Shown here: positions 23,401 to 38,700 of the stretch, one piece after another
Layout: every line of letters begins with the position of its first letter
Numbering within the stretch: the first letter of the stretch is position 1
NCBI RefSeq assembly: GCF_000002075.1
Contig: NW_004797825.1
Coordinates: forward strand, 455,491 to 519,490
Length of the DNA stretch: 64,000 nucleotides
Direction: 5' to 3'
DNA from: Aplysia californica
Lineage: Eukaryota
The notes under the pieces: model-generated
The model's database searches: none
The model's input: only the letters and a program-made list of their open reading frames with translations
Told to the model about the DNA's origin: nothing
Translations under genes and position numbers: made by a program

Positions 23401-26400
23401 CTAGAAACTGAAAATTGTGAAAGCATACTAGCGTTACATGTACCATTGCCTTACATTCTACAAAGCAGGGCCAAAGAAAACAAGCGCACGAAATAAGCAA
23501 AATTCACTGAAGCTGGATAGTCTTTGGACATACATGCCCAATCATTGTATTTATCTTAAAGAGAAAACAGATGACGTTTTAATTATCATCAATAAACAAA
23601 AATGTGAAATCGTACAAAAAACCCCAGTGAATTTAGGAGTCCAAAATCTCAGCTTTGCCTCATATAGACATAATCTCAAATAAAAAAATACTTCGACATT
23701 GATGAATCTGCAAGTTAAGGTTAACAGAAAAGCACTATCATAGCTAAGGTTTGCTTGAAATTTCGTTTAAAAGAAAGGGGATGGGGGGCACAAAACATTG
23801 GCATTTTGTTCTTAAGCAGTCTAAGGAGAAAAAATTATGTATTGTGCGAATTCAAGACATTATAAGGGGTCTCTAAGTCTATGCATAATGTAAGCCTCAA
23901 ACAAATACTGTATTACAAATGTTATTATTTCTCATAAAAGAATGACACATTCTGTGCACCCACAAATATAAGGAGAAAAATTTTGTTCTCTTTTTACACA
24001 AGTCTTGGCAAATCTCACTATAGCCTTAAAACGCAACAAAAGACTTATTTTCTGTCTACACAGAATGAATGCCATATCAGTCCATTGAAAGACTATAATA
24101 ACTCAATTTGCCGAATGAATCACTCAATTACTAGTTACAAGTGTATTGAATGCTTTCACCGCTGCGTGATGGTGTTCTAGGGGGGTCAAGATCCCAGCGT
24201 GTGACATCTGAAGTAATACTAGCATAAAGCAAAGAGCAGAGGTGGCAAAGAAAGGAAGGAAAGAGATTCATCCAACCACGATGAATTTACTCAGCAGAGT
24301 TAGCCTGGAAACTTGCCTGCCACAGATAAACCACCAGGAACTGATTCTGTTGAGACGGCAAATAACCAAATTAAGCAGGAGAAATGATGAATATATGAGT
24401 GTTGATGGTGTGTATGGGGGAAAAGGGAGGAGGAGGGGAGTTTATGTCAAGTAAGCATGATATGAGCTACAATAAATTGGGACAGATTAAGTCGAAAGTA
24501 ATACTAGAAATAAAAAGAAGTGGAAACTAGGAAACACCTATTTGACCACCCACAAGCCATCAGCACTATGAAGAGTCAATGTGTGTAGAGAGATAACCTC
24601 CCCCCAAAAAGGAGGGTGGGGATGGGTGGAGGTCTTGCACATAAAGATTTAGTAGTCTAAAACACAACTCATATTTGGATAATGATAACACATAGTTGTG
24701 AGTGTGAGTGTATTTCAAAGCACTCAATCATTTGAATTAATTTGTGACGTACATCAGTCAAATAAAATGCATGCATGCAACGAATACCAAACAAAGGTAT
24801 TTCATGAAAAAGTTTAGTTATATCGTACAATACATAATGGAATTGATAACAAAAAGAATAAACAAATGATTACAATGGCATCACATAAGAGCCTGCGATC
24901 TACTTGCCATGCTGTGACAGATATCAGGTGAAAAAAAATAGTGGTACACAGTTTTGAAAAATTTCTTGAAATTACTTTTTATTGGAATAAAATGTTATAA
25001 ATCGGGTAGAGAAGTGCATTGTAAGCCATTATAGACGTTGAGTCTAGCCTCCTTCTATCAATGAAAACAAAAGGTAATGTCTCAAGGCATTTAATTAATT
25101 TAAAGGAGAAACAGAACGTCATCAGACATGCAAACGTTCAATTAGCATACGCAAAGTTGTACATTCTTTTATTTCCCTCCCCCTCCCCCTTTCCCACTTC
25201 CCCCTTCCTCCTCTCCTTTTTCCCTTATTCTTATCTCTTTGTATATTTCCTTAAATTCTATCACAGGCACGGACATACACACATGAGAACAACATTTGTG
25301 TCTCTAACAAAAGCAAGCCGGTGCAGAAAGGCAATACCAACCTCTTTTACCTGCAGAGTTTCTCTGTCTGGCAGAGGTGGGCGAGGCTTTGTCGGGTGTG
25401 GCAGCCTTGATCTCAAGGTTGGGCACGGAGAGTCCCCCCTCCGAGGACTGCATCAGACCCTCTGCATCTAAAGGTCAAAGACGGGCTTCTAGTCTAGCGG
25501 TCACTAGGAGGCTACTACCTATTCCATACCATGCGTCCCTAAGGTTCCTTTACAGAATGCTATACATATTTTGATTTTGAGGGAGAACATTACACAAATT
25601 GAACAATCATGATCATCCATACCATCGTTTTTCTTGAAGTATTTTGCGGACTTCGACAATTCATAACAAGTTACTCAGCAACAGTTCAGCCCCTAGGCAA
25701 ACCCTATTTATTGACTTACATAAGCATATTTATATACAGAAAGCAAGACAGCATTACATACTTGAGTACCTTCAACTCTGTTAAAAGTAAGTGAAAAGTA
25801 ATTGATTTCTAGTATTTCCTAAGCTTACTAATCCAGGAGTTGCGGAGGTTGAAAGACCAAAATTCAGAGTCATGAGTTTAGTTGAAAGGAACTTAAGGGG
25901 TACACAGTAAGGAGTATATATCTATATCTTAAACATGTGTTGACTGTTTGTTTACATGATATATAACCAGGGTAATTGTGTTACACGGATACACTGGAAA
26001 GAGGTAATCTGGAGCACAGTTGGCTCCCAAATAGAAAGAGTTTCAAAAGCAAAGGCAAACATTGTCGTATTCTCAGACATGAATCAAAATAATGACATTG
26101 AGGCAAAAGCATGTGAACTTGCCACTAGCAAAGTTTAATATAAGAGTATTTTCTTGCTCACATACAAAAAATACTGTGTTCATTGGGCAAGGTCGAAAAC
26201 AACCCCTACTAGCAAAGTTTAATATAGGAGTATTTTCTTGCTCACATACAAAAAATACTGTGTTCATTGGGCAAGGTCGAAAACAATCTGACAATTTTTT
26301 ACCATTTTCTCCTTTAAAGACAAGACATATTTTCTGAGCATTTGACAAAATAGCATGAAATGCACACCCCCAATTAACATTGCATTTTTGAAAGGGTTCA

Positions 26401-29400
26401 AGTCGTGCAGTCATAAAAAAACTCTTTGTTCACAATGGACAAGACTATCTCTTTTGTTTCCATGCTTTACACAGATTTTCTCATGTCATTTTTCTGTGGC
26501 TGAAAAGCACAGGTAGGCCTAAATAGAAAATTTAAACTTTAAGAGTTCCCAATAGACGAGAGTCAGAAGTGAGATAGTTATAAATTGAAGTTTATACAAT
26601 GCATATTGGGTTCTCAGAGTCAATAGCACGCAGGCCATGCAACACTTTGAAAAAAGAAATTAAAATATCAAACAAATTATTCACCTCTAGAATGAAAAAA
26701 ACCCAGCATGCATGCAAGCCACAATATGAATACACAAATATCGCATGCAGCTTATACTCTATGCCCTTATTTTAGAAGCCATACCTATACCTTGTCTTAC
26801 TCCCGATAACAAATTCCACTCCTACTCCGAGCATAATTTCTATTCACAAATCACTAAAAGCAACAAATAAATCCAATTTAAACCTCTTCATACCAACTTA
26901 AATAGTACCCACCACATTGATCCTAAACCTTTGTTCAAATACCAATTGCATTTTACTCCCCCCCCCCTCCTCTTCATTCCTTCTATCATGTAAGGAATTA
27001 AAACTTTAAAATAACTCTGTTTGATGTCCAGCTTGCAGTCCACCGCAAGATGACAAGGTAAAGGCCCCATTTTGTCTAGCAGTGAACAAGGACAAAAGAG
27101 AGATTGAATAGAAGTAGAAGGATCAGACTCCCACCTTGGCACTCAGGCCCTACCAATAGACAAACAACTCCTACCTCGACCAGTCTCCCCAGTCATGTCT
27201 CCCTCGTCCAGTTTTCTCTTCTCTTCCTCCTCATCACGTGCAGCCCGGGCCAGCGCAGCAGCCTTGGCCAAGTTTAACTTGTTCGCTTCCAGGTAGGCCA
27301 TCTCAGCTCCAATCTCATTGGGTACAGCATCGTAAAACAGACCTGAGGTATCCACAACGAATAATCAGAGTTTTAATCAGGATGAAAAAAGGGCACGCCA
27401 GCCAGTACACCAGGGCATCCGCCAACCACCCACACCCACATAAAACGCTCCACTCTCAACAGTAACTTACAACAAAAGGAACCGTTTAACACCTGTATTC
27501 ATCAACTGCCAGGTCTGCTACAGACATCGGGGATGCCCTTCAAAACATCTTTCAGGTGAATAAATCATTTCTGATTGCCAGGAACAAAACCAAATTGTTT
27601 TTGATATTTCCGGTCTTAGACTTTCTCGCTCTTCCCATTAGTACTTGCAACAAAATTTTCGTAAAATGACTCATAAGGCTTTATGGTTATTTTTTCGTTA
27701 TTGCTTTTTTTTCTTCTGCAACACCTGTATAGCAAATAAAAACCCCCCCAAACAACCAATGCCCTATGGTCCCTCACCCAACATGGTCCAAGCCAAGATG
27801 CTCTTTGGCTCAACGCAAGTGGCAGCTTCAAAGAAAGTCTCTGCATGCTCGTTCCTCTCAGACAGCATACAGACCACACCATACAACAGCAGACTGTGGA
27901 TCATATTACAAACAGGGGATCAAGTAAGGGGGAGGAAGGAAGGGAAGGAAAGGAGAAGGAGAGGATAGCAAAAGATGAGTAAGGTCGACAAGAAGGGCAG
28001 ATAAGGGATGGGAGCGGATAGGAGAAAAATGAGAGAGATATGGAAGAGGGATAGAGAGTGGTGACAAAGGTGTATTTGAGGTAGGAGCAGAATAAGGAAG
28101 GGGAGGATAATGAAGGATGGGAGAGTGAGGGGAATTTGGAGGGGGAGAGTGAGACGACAGGGGGATTGGTGGGGGGGGGGAGGGAGGGATAGATAGATGA
28201 TGGATGGAGTGTGATGGGAGGTGAATGGTTTGGGGAAGGGGAGGGAGTAATAACTTAATAAATACAGAGCGAAGAGGAGGGAAAAAAAAACCAAGAGAAA
28301 AAATATTGTAAAAACTCACCCTTGAAGATGTTTCTGGTTGATAGCAATGCATTCTTTGAAGCACTCTTCTGCCTGCAAACATGGAGATAATTTATTATAG
28401 TAAGTACATTGTAAAAAGAGAATCTGGAAGTCAGTGAGGGCGATGGTATTCCAGGTCTACACAACAATCTCATTGAACATATTGCTATTAAGCAAACTGG
28501 CATCCCATATAAAATACTTAAAATATATTGGTATCCCACCATCATAGCTTAGTAACTGATAAAAATGCCCTTAATTGATTTACTCTTAGACGATTTCAGT
28601 CTACTTCTAGATAAAAATAGCCTAAATCAAAGAGTAAAGCAGGCTATTGTATCTCAGTCCCCCAAAATAGAGACATTGTCAACATACACAGGCATACCAA
28701 AATTTTATTTTCAAACCTTCAGTCATGATAATCAGTATTCAAGACACTCACTATAACTCCCCTAATTGAAGAAGACAGCACAATCAGTCACAGAGTTGAA
28801 ATAGTGATACTGTGAAAATCAACCCTATCATTTGTCAAGAACATATTTTTGTATGTATTCAAAACCAAGGAATTTCAATTTGAAACCTATTTATGGCAAT
28901 ACAAACCAGCAAATTCTCCTACTGACCTTTGTAATATCATTGATGTACAAGTTGAAAGTGCCAAAGTCAAACCAACAGTCTGCATCATTCTTGTCTCTGG
29001 CGATTCTCTGAGGAAAAAACCCACAATATCCTGTGACCCACAAGTAACAGTTTTTACACCCACAAAAGAACATAGACAAAAACGAGGTACACACACTTTA
29101 AATGTTCAAGACTGATTGAGTCTTATAAAGTGCATCAGATAATCTTATCATTCAAAGAAGCCTTATCTGCTCATTTTCATTCAGTAAGTATCTCAATATG
29201 CAAATGTGTGAGTTCAACAGTCACAGATACTGTCACAGATACAAAGGGTCAAGTGCCTCCTTGTTTAATCAGGTATGGTATAGTACAGTATGAATTTCAC
29301 ACCCCTTTTAAAATGGTAGGATTACTTAAGAGGCAGACCATCTGATTTAATACCCATTCCTGACAGGACAACAGTATCAAATGTGAGGGCAGCCATGAAA

Positions 29401-32400
29401 ACTATAACAAGTACATTTGAGGATAATCTCCTTGAAAACTCGTCAGAGGACCCACCACCTGCGAAACATTCCAAATTGATGCCACAAACCTGACAGTGTG
29501 AACAGTTTGTACTAAAAAGGTTATAAGATTTAGTCTAAGGTTTTAGAATTCCTCCTTCTCTCACACCCTTTTTCAACACCCTCCCCCCCCCACTCCCCAC
29601 TCCCAAATGCAAGCAAATATTTGGCAAATACTTAGAAGTTTCTATTTCATTTCAGTTTTTCTCATTTACATATAATGTTTTGGACAATAGATCATTTGTA
29701 AAAGCGTGTGCAGAACTGAAAGAAAACTTAAATAGCTCCATAACAATTGTTATTCCCCTCCTACTGTAAAACAAACCACTTCGTCCTACCTCCTTATAGT
29801 ATGTCGCAGCGAGGTCAAAGTTCTGGTTAACCTCAGCCTCCCTGGCAAAGTGTTTGAGTTGGGCTCCATCGGTCAGTGGCTGGGGCACAGGTGGCTGGTC
29901 CTCTAGGGCTAAAACACGACCAAGAGACACATGCATCTGGTCGATGAGGTAAACATACAGCTCCGAGAGGAATGTCTGAAACACAGATAATAAAAGTATT
30001 ACACTCTATTTACTTAATGTAGATATGATTTACAACAAACAGTTGAGTCTACATCCCCCCCCCCTCAACATAAGAGCATTTTATAAATTACATTAACAAT
30101 ATTTGTACACTTTCTTACAATGCATATTGCCAATTGAAAAAAAGATAGTTTTTTTAAAAAACCACATAAACCACGCCTTACTTTTACTATATCTCCATTC
30201 ATATGAACACCACGCCCAAAAAAATGCCTTCTCTGGATGTTCATTTTATACCAAGTTTGTTTCATGTTTTGAAATCCTAACAGAAACCAATTGTTATTAA
30301 GGATAGTTATTTTTTAACTTAACTTGAACATATCTACTCATATCAAATAATTGGCAGGGGACCATTTTGAAATCAACTACGGTATTTGATTACAGACATG
30401 CATGTACGACATTCATACCTGCAGTTCCTGTCTGTCATCAAAACCAGAGGTCTTCAGATATTTCTCTCTGACAATCTTCACTACTGAATGCTTCAGTTGT
30501 TCCTTGAAAGCAAAATATTTCCCAGAGGAATTCAGCTCATAGATGAGCTTCTGGCGGCTAAAAAATAAAAGAAAATATCAAGTCAGAAATAGAATAAATG
30601 GTTTTTTTCTGCAGTCAATAAATAAAAAAGGTAATAAAAAAACCAAATTAAAACATTCTATTCATCCCGACAGATTTTGCTGTGATTGTTCAGTTTGCTT
30701 ATTTCTTTGACCACCAAACAAAATTCAAGGTAACGATCTTGGTGACTACTATATTTTTCAAATAATTCCTGGAAGATTTCTTTCTCAGCCTATAGACCTG
30801 ATGCATGACCACATGCATAGTCAAGAGCTGCTGTTTCTTTGGTGTTTCTGTCTATTTTGCTTTCATCTTGCATTTAATCACCGTTGTCATGACAATAAGC
30901 TTCTCTTTAACTAAAACCTCCTCTGTCTTCTCTTTCTATTCCTATTCTCCACCTAGCCACCATAGTCTCCAGTTATCCCTTCCCTTTATCTACTACCCCC
31001 TCCCCCCTTCACCCAATTCAAGGCTGGAACAGTCCTGTTTAAGCTTTAGTAAGAGTTCTACTGCACTTGCAACACAATATGTTACGCTACAAGAGAGTAA
31101 CAAACACAAAAAAGGAGGGTAGATAAGGACGATAGATGTTTGATAGGAACAGTCCACACAACCACTAAATGATCCTGTAAACAAGCACCACTCACCGTGC
31201 CTCCATTGCCTCATTTGTCTGAGGTTCACCCTCCTTGAGTTCGTTTCCAAAGAGATCTCTGGAAGAGATAAGTTTACAAGCTCAAACTCAAGCAGTCTGA
31301 AAAAATGGAGCATTAGTATCTACGAGCAAAAACCAGTTGGTGTGCAGTCGAACCTGCTGCATTCAGAGATGCCCCAAAATCTTGAATGTTCGATCAGCAC
31401 CAACTCCCCCCCCCCCCAACCCCCAAAACACAGCAGGAAATCGCACTTGGGAGTCCCCTTAGAGCGTCAGGTTGTTAGGGCTGAAACACTTGCTTGAAAG
31501 GGGTTCTTCCTCTGAAGATCTCCTGTTGTCCCCTCGCCTCATGAGTTTTCTCCCACACTACAAACAAAAACAAGTTGGTATACAGTCGAACCTGCTGCGA
31601 AGGTCACCTGTTCAAGATGATCACCTATACAAATGACCACTGCCACCTTTCTCCCTTGAGCCTTTCCTGTATTATTAATGACACCGGCCAAATCACCCAC
31701 CTATCTAAGACAGCTGATTTTTCTCCTTGACAATGGGTGGCCATCTTGGACAATTTAGACTGTACTTCAAAAGATATGCAGAACGGTCATCCCTGTGACA
31801 ACCCAAGATCATAATATCAAAATGAACAAAAGCCAAACAGAAAGCAGTTTAAGAATATATCTCAATGAAAGCCCAAACAGTTGTTGGAAATTTTGTAAGG
31901 GGGAGTTGAATGTTTGGCCAAGGGTTTTTTGGATTAAAGGTGGACAGTGTTTACAAGCTGGTTTCTGCCCAAAATAAAATTACTTTTTAGTGAGACTAAT
32001 TGTAAAACTTAACATGAATGCTATTACATAACAGGAACAATTACGTATAAAAGTAAGGGAAAATAAGAACTTTGCCTTCAGCCACACAAACCATCTACTG
32101 CATGCTCTATAAATTCAAACAAAAGAGACAGCCATTACCTGAACTCATCCAGTATCAAGTTTGCCACGCTAGCCACTTGAGAATGGTAGTCCTCCACAGC
32201 CTGAAAGGCAAAAACAAACCAAAAATAAGTTTTTTTCTCTTTTCAAGAAATGTCTTTTCAGAAAGGCACTTCACATAAGCAAAGATGCAAAACATTTTAC
32301 AGTAAAGTGTCTCCCAGCTGTTCAGATGTACCAGCCCAAAATTTTGAAAATTTCTTTTAATGTAGTTTCCTGATTTTAATTTGGGAAAACAGTTCATTTG

Positions 32401-35400
32401 GTCATGAACAATATGGCCAAAGTTCAAATTTTAAGTGTTGAAAAAAAGCAAGAAAAGAAACATAGTGTAGAAGAATTGAAACAGTGTTTTTCTCTATCTT
32501 TAAAAATTTTTCTTTCTCTGCTTAAGACATTTGAACAGCTTGCCCACAAAATCTTGTCTGGTATGGTATTCATTTCAGTCAGTTCACCATCTGTGCAGAG
32601 CATCAAATAAGACATCTCAGATTTTTAAAATCCATCTAATGTAAGACCAGGCAAAGTTGTTGGAGAGCCATAAGACTCCCCAAGTTGTCAGAGTTCAAGC
32701 ACCTCACATTGCGAATTCAAAGAAAGATCACCCACATCACACTACATCATGGCACCAACCAAGTCAATAGTGAATGCTTAAAAAAAGTGAATGTCAAAGA
32801 CTGAATAAAACAGAGGTAAAATATTACAATTTTCTCCTGAGAGAAAAAAAAAAGGGGGGGGGGGGTGTCACTACTCTAATTGAAGTGAGTGAAAGAGAAA
32901 AAAAATCTGTGAAAAGATATGCTGAACAACCAAAAAAACTGACCCTCTGGGCTCCATCTGTGCGCTTGGGAAACATCGGTCGAGGAGGAATCAACTCAGC
33001 CACCCTGTGGAGATTCCAATAGGATAAGACATCTCCAAAAAAGACCTTGTGTCAATCAGGAAAACTAAAATGGCTGACAAAAATACATGTCTTAACCATA
33101 AAAGAACATCAGAAGGGACATCATCATTTAGCACAATCCCTACCACTTAAAAGGATGTTTTATCAAAGACCGAAGGTTAAAAAGTAAAGAAAAATCATCA
33201 TCATCATCATCATCATCCAGTGCCAGATCTGCGACAGACATCGGCGATCATGATTTTTCATTCATTCCTTTGCTCGGATGCTCTCCGAAAAGCTACGTTT
33301 CCCTGATCTTTCCCTGTTACCCATTTGTTTAGGTTCCCTAAATATGTTGTTCTGGGCCTACCCCTGCCTCGCTTGCCCTCAATTTTACCAGTGAGAGCAG
33401 ATGTTCAAGACCCTTATGTCTATTCAGGTGTCCCAAAAACTGCATTTGTCCTTTCCTGATTGTTTTTAACATTGAGCGTCCCACGTGGGCTTCATCAAGC
33501 ACTGCCTCATTTGATTTCTTTTCCTTCCACGATACTCTTAGCAGTCTCCTAAGAAACCACATTTCTGTTGCCTCTATTTTATTTTCACTGTCTTTAGTGA
33601 TTGTCCAGCACTCACAGCCATATAGAAGGGTTGACCAAACATAGCATTTCAGGACTTTTATTTTGGTGTTCATTGATATGTTTCTATTTTTCAGGATTGG
33701 GCTCATTTTATTGAAACTAGCCTTAGCCATTGCAGTTCTCCTTTTTATTTCTGCGGAAGATTTGGCATCAGATGTTATCATATATCCTAGATATTTAAAC
33801 TGTTGGACTTGTTTGATCTTTTCACCTTTGCTAATGAGATTACAACTAGTATTTGCTGCTTTTTTGGATATTACCATGCATTCTGTTTTCTTTACATTCA
33901 ACAATAATCCTTTACGTTCACTTTCTTTTACAACAGTGCCTAGAAGCATTTGAAGGTCCTTTTTGGAGCCTGCTATTAAAACCGTGTCATCTGCATACCT
34001 GATGTTATTAATATTTTCTCCATTAACTTTGAGGCCTGGACATTCTTCTATGTTTCTAAGGATTGTTTCACTGTACATATTAAAGAGGTCTGGTGACATA
34101 ACACATCCATGCCTCACTCCTCGCCTAATCTGCTTATATTCACTGTATTCTCCATTAATTCGTACAGCAGGTTTTGGTGCAAGTACAAATTTCTGATAAT
34201 TCTTAGATCTTTTCTATCTATGTCTAGAAAAATCCTCTAGAAAAAATGTGAAAATAAAAGATAAATGATTCGACTGAAATTTATTCTATGGCCTGCAAAT
34301 ACTTGTATTGGCATTTCCCAGGAACATTTTCATCAAAAGTTCGCTATTTAAATGTTTTTAACCTCATTGCTAACAGAATATCATATCAGCAGCTCATTTT
34401 AAAGTACGAACTTCTAATAACAACAATAAGGACACTCAGATGAGCAAACAGTACCTTCTGGCGAGTGCCTCTGGAGGCCTCTTGGGCACAAGCGGTTTGT
34501 CCAAGCAGATCTCCATCATGATGTATGAGCGGGCCTCTGTGTACTGCTGGCCTTCTATGTTCACTGGAGCCTGACCTTCAGCCTCTGACCCCGTGTCAGA
34601 CTTGCCTTGAGATGTCTGCAGACATAAGATATAATCTTATCAAACAGAAAGAAATGAAAATTACCTATGCATTTTAGAGTTTTGACATCTTCATCTAAAG
34701 TATAATTTTCAGTTGGTCAGCAGATGCATGATACATGAAGCACTTTGATTTGATAGAGAAATACCATTACCATCATTAACATAGATAGCAAAGCCATCTG
34801 ACAGAGATTTTGATGAGAGCAGGTGTACGTAAACTGTCTCCCAATTAAAGGACAGTTGTGCAGTATATTTTCTCAACAATATTGTTTAACAATACAAATT
34901 TTCCCTTTAAATTATTTTCTGTTATTTTCTCACTGTATAGAAAATGTAAAAGAAATAGTGAATGAAGAAATAAAGCTGTACACTTTTCAACCTTTTCTCA
35001 TATTATTTACTTACTTTCTTTACTTTCTTTTCTCTCTTTTTAAATTCTGCCTGTTTTTTCCTTAACACATTATCGTACATCTACTTATACATTTTTTCCA
35101 CTGCATCCACCAAAAAGAGGATGGAGAGAATGAGATAACTGCATTGACATTTCCACATAAACCAGTTTGCAAGGTTGATAAATTTACAAGGAGCAGAGTT
35201 ATATGAATAACCTGTTGCCCCTTCGACATCCCCTGACCCACCAAATAAAATATATTCCTTTCAGTAAAGTAGTAAAGAGAAAGTATTTTCTACAATGGTC
35301 ACTTTTTTTAATGGAGCAGGGGGGGGGGGGGTGTCAAAGAATTAATGTATGTTAGTTTACAACACTTTCATTGTTGACACTTCAAAAGACAGGGTGTTAT

Positions 35401-35746
35401 TGACATTGTATTCAACAGCAGTCTCGTCAATATAACATACACTGTGCAAAGTCACAGAAACACTAAAGTGGTCAAAAAGAGGACAAAGATAAATAAGATA
35501 ACAGGAAATTTTAATTTCAAATAAAGACTAAAGAAAGACAAATCATTTGAAACAGTAATCTATCCTCTTTTTTGTTGCAATGATAGCTTTCAAAGACTTT
35601 GCTTTCAATATTATTTTTACCCAATCACTTTCCAATACGAAGAGAGGAAAGAAAGAGGTAGGTGTGGAAAGTGGAAAGATGTATTCGTGTGTCTGTGTAT
35701 ATGTGTGTATGTGTAAGTGTATGTGTGTGAGTGTGTGTGCGAGAGT

Positions 35747-35791
<45 letters not shown>

Positions 35792-38700
35792 AGTCTGTGT
35801 AGGCATGCTTGTTTACATGTGTACTTGTGTATGTCTGTGTGTATGGATCTGGAGGTGGGTGCTACAGTAGATATGTTTTAGATAAATAAAGGTATCTTAG
35901 CTTGACGTCTAACCACTGGAAGGTTTGAGTCAGATCAGACAGAAGACACCCGTAATAAGACTACACTTTTTATACATCTCCCAAGGTGATAGATACTGGA
36001 GAAACACATAACTCAGGGCTGCAATATCCATCTGCAAGAAGTAGTGTAGAATGATTTTTCTCTGTTCCCAGAGCCAAAAAGCTAGAATATGTCTTGTACA
36101 AATAGATACACCATAAAAACATAGATATTAGAGTTATATGTCATAATCAAGCATAATGGTTGTGCTGTTTCACAACTGTGCACTATGAGGCACTTCAAGA
36201 AGATTATCATACAGTGAGTGAGTTAACAATATGAAGTGCTTCACCATAACAGACATCTTTTATCAATACAAGCTGTTGGATCCTTGAACAGATTATGTGA
36301 AACTGTTTTTATGTCAACAAAACTTGAGTATACCAAACCAATGACAGACCAAACCTATAAATCTTGATCTAACAGTAGAATTCACAGATGACACATGTAC
36401 ATATTAACTACTTAGAGTAAGAGTCTACAATACGTCACTTTTCAAAAAGGTGTACGGCGGAGTCTTACACTAAGCAGTTGACATAAGCTAATTTCATAAT
36501 CAATTCATTCTTCATTTGATGTATAATGCATGAAGTACAAATGGAAAAATCAAAATTCAATCAAGTATTTGTTCTGATCCCAACAAATGTTGCAGTGTAC
36601 ATTGCTTCTCCAATACTCCACTGGACTTGGTCCCAATCAGACTTTACTTTCTAATCAGTACCGACAAGTCAAAGTTTTTCACTATCATCATAATAAAAAA
36701 TTCATCGAGAATAGTTAGACTTATTAAATTGTTTTAGATAATCTTGCAGTCAGTCAGTCCTCAGAGTTTTATGGCGGGGGCTCTCGTGGCCTAGAGGTTA
36801 AGGTGTTCGCCTCTCATTCAAAGGTCCCGGGTTCAAATCCGGGTAGCGGCCGAGAAATTTTCTTCTCTAAAATTGTCTCCTATCCCCTCTTTTCCTGCTC
36901 TCTAGCAATGTTCTGTCATCTGCTTTCGTCTCCACTTTGTGCCTCCACCCCCTCACCTCCTTTGCCCCCTCCTCTGGGCTCCTGACTCTTTCTGTAGCCT
37001 TTCTACTGTTACTCCTCAGCTCCTTACTGCTGTCTTTCAGCCACACCCCTGATCTTCTGGTAGGAAAGATCTACACTTAGCCTTCTCGGACAAGGGTGAA
37101 AAATCTCGGGGGTCCCGTGTGCAAGTTGCGCACGTTAAAGATCCCTTGGTGTTCCAAAATCGATGAGTAGGTTTTGGCCGCCATCCGGGCCAAATTCAGA
37201 ATTTTCTACCTACTGAAAATGTTTTATGTGACCCGCGCGCTCATAAGACCTTATACAGTTGCGAGCACTGTAAAACACTAACCAAAAAAAAAAGAAGTTT
37301 TATGGCGCTCGTAAACGACAAACAAGTTTATTTGACACAGTCAGCGCCATCAAGTATATAAACATCCAACAAACCTCAAACGGTAGAAACACTTGTTTCA
37401 TTTCAGCCCTTTACTTGATTTTAAAATGTTTTATCCGACGTATAACTTCAAGTGAGTTTTTATTGTAATGATAATTTGGACCAGCCCCAACCCCCAATCA
37501 ACACAATTAAGATCCAGTAGGATGGAGGCTGATTCGACACTCCTGAATAGGACCAACCGAGGCGGAGGGAGATACAACATCCTAACAGAAAGATAGAGAC
37601 AGTTGATAAAATAGACTGCCTCATTCTGGAATTGTTTTCACATTTCCTGCAGGTAACAAGGAAGAAGCCAAACAATTACATTACAGACACTGGTCTTTAC
37701 TTTAAGTAAGAGTTTTATGGCACTTGCAACACAATTAGGTCACATAAGTGCCGAAGATTAAACGTGCTTTTAGAGAGTAGCAAACAAAGAAAAGAAAATG
37801 GACAGATAAGGATGATAAATGCTTCAAGGCAAATAAGGCGCAAACTACACCAGGGCACCCTTCAACTGCCCATGCTGGTCTGAAACTTTTCTCAAGTGAC
37901 GGACAAGACATAATCTGCTGCTGCAAACTGCACAGCTAAATCAGTAGCAGCATGAAAGCAATGCTTATTCATTGTTTTAGCTCGTTTTGTCAAAAGAGGG
38001 AAATTAAAGGGGTAACAGCGTACAGAAACTGTACAACAAACAAAGAGACAGTCCAAGAGATTGAAGAACAGAGCTACACATTAGAATACACTGACACTGA
38101 GACACACTAACGACACTGAGACACACATATGTGTGTGTACATTACATGAGGAAAGAAATAGGCCTAGAGACGGAGGCCAATCTGAAACAGAGTATCTTTA
38201 TATAAAAACCATTTTACATGATGAATGGCAAACATTACTTGTTATCTTAAAAATATAGCCGCTTAAAAATATAAAATTCATATGTACATTGTAGTTTTGA
38301 GCTGAAAAAAAAGGTGGAGGGGGTTGGGTTTATAAAAATTGAAATTTGACCAAAAGGAAGTATGAAAAAGAAGAGACAAATTAATGGGGACACAGAAAGA
38401 AAAAAACAAAGGGAGTCAAAAGACTAGAACGTATAGACGATTCGCCGAGTTAGACTTCTGCAAAAACAACACTCCTTGCAAACAGCACTCTGGTCAAAAG
38501 CATGGCAACATACATCAGGCTGGATCACTTAACAACTACAGGAAAACAAAGCTCACACATGTTTGAAAAACCGCACCATGGCTGTGGCACCCACAAGTGG
38601 GCGGTGGCTTGCAGCGAGAGCATGCAGCTGCTAAAGGGAACGTTCAAATGCCCAGCAAAAATTGCTTGTGGTTGCACATTAACCCATTTCTAAATACCAG

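Noticed and set aside
24885-24911. 27-nt exon-like segment (AWQVDRRLL) on the - strand
   Set aside because: Donor TAT|gtgatg is weak and there is no other support.
36777-36852. tRNA-like sequence with A and B boxes (also ~11540-11620, ~19070-19140, ~54430-54503)
   Set aside because: These are SINE heads continuing into core and tail sequence, several with TSDs; not standalone tRNA genes.
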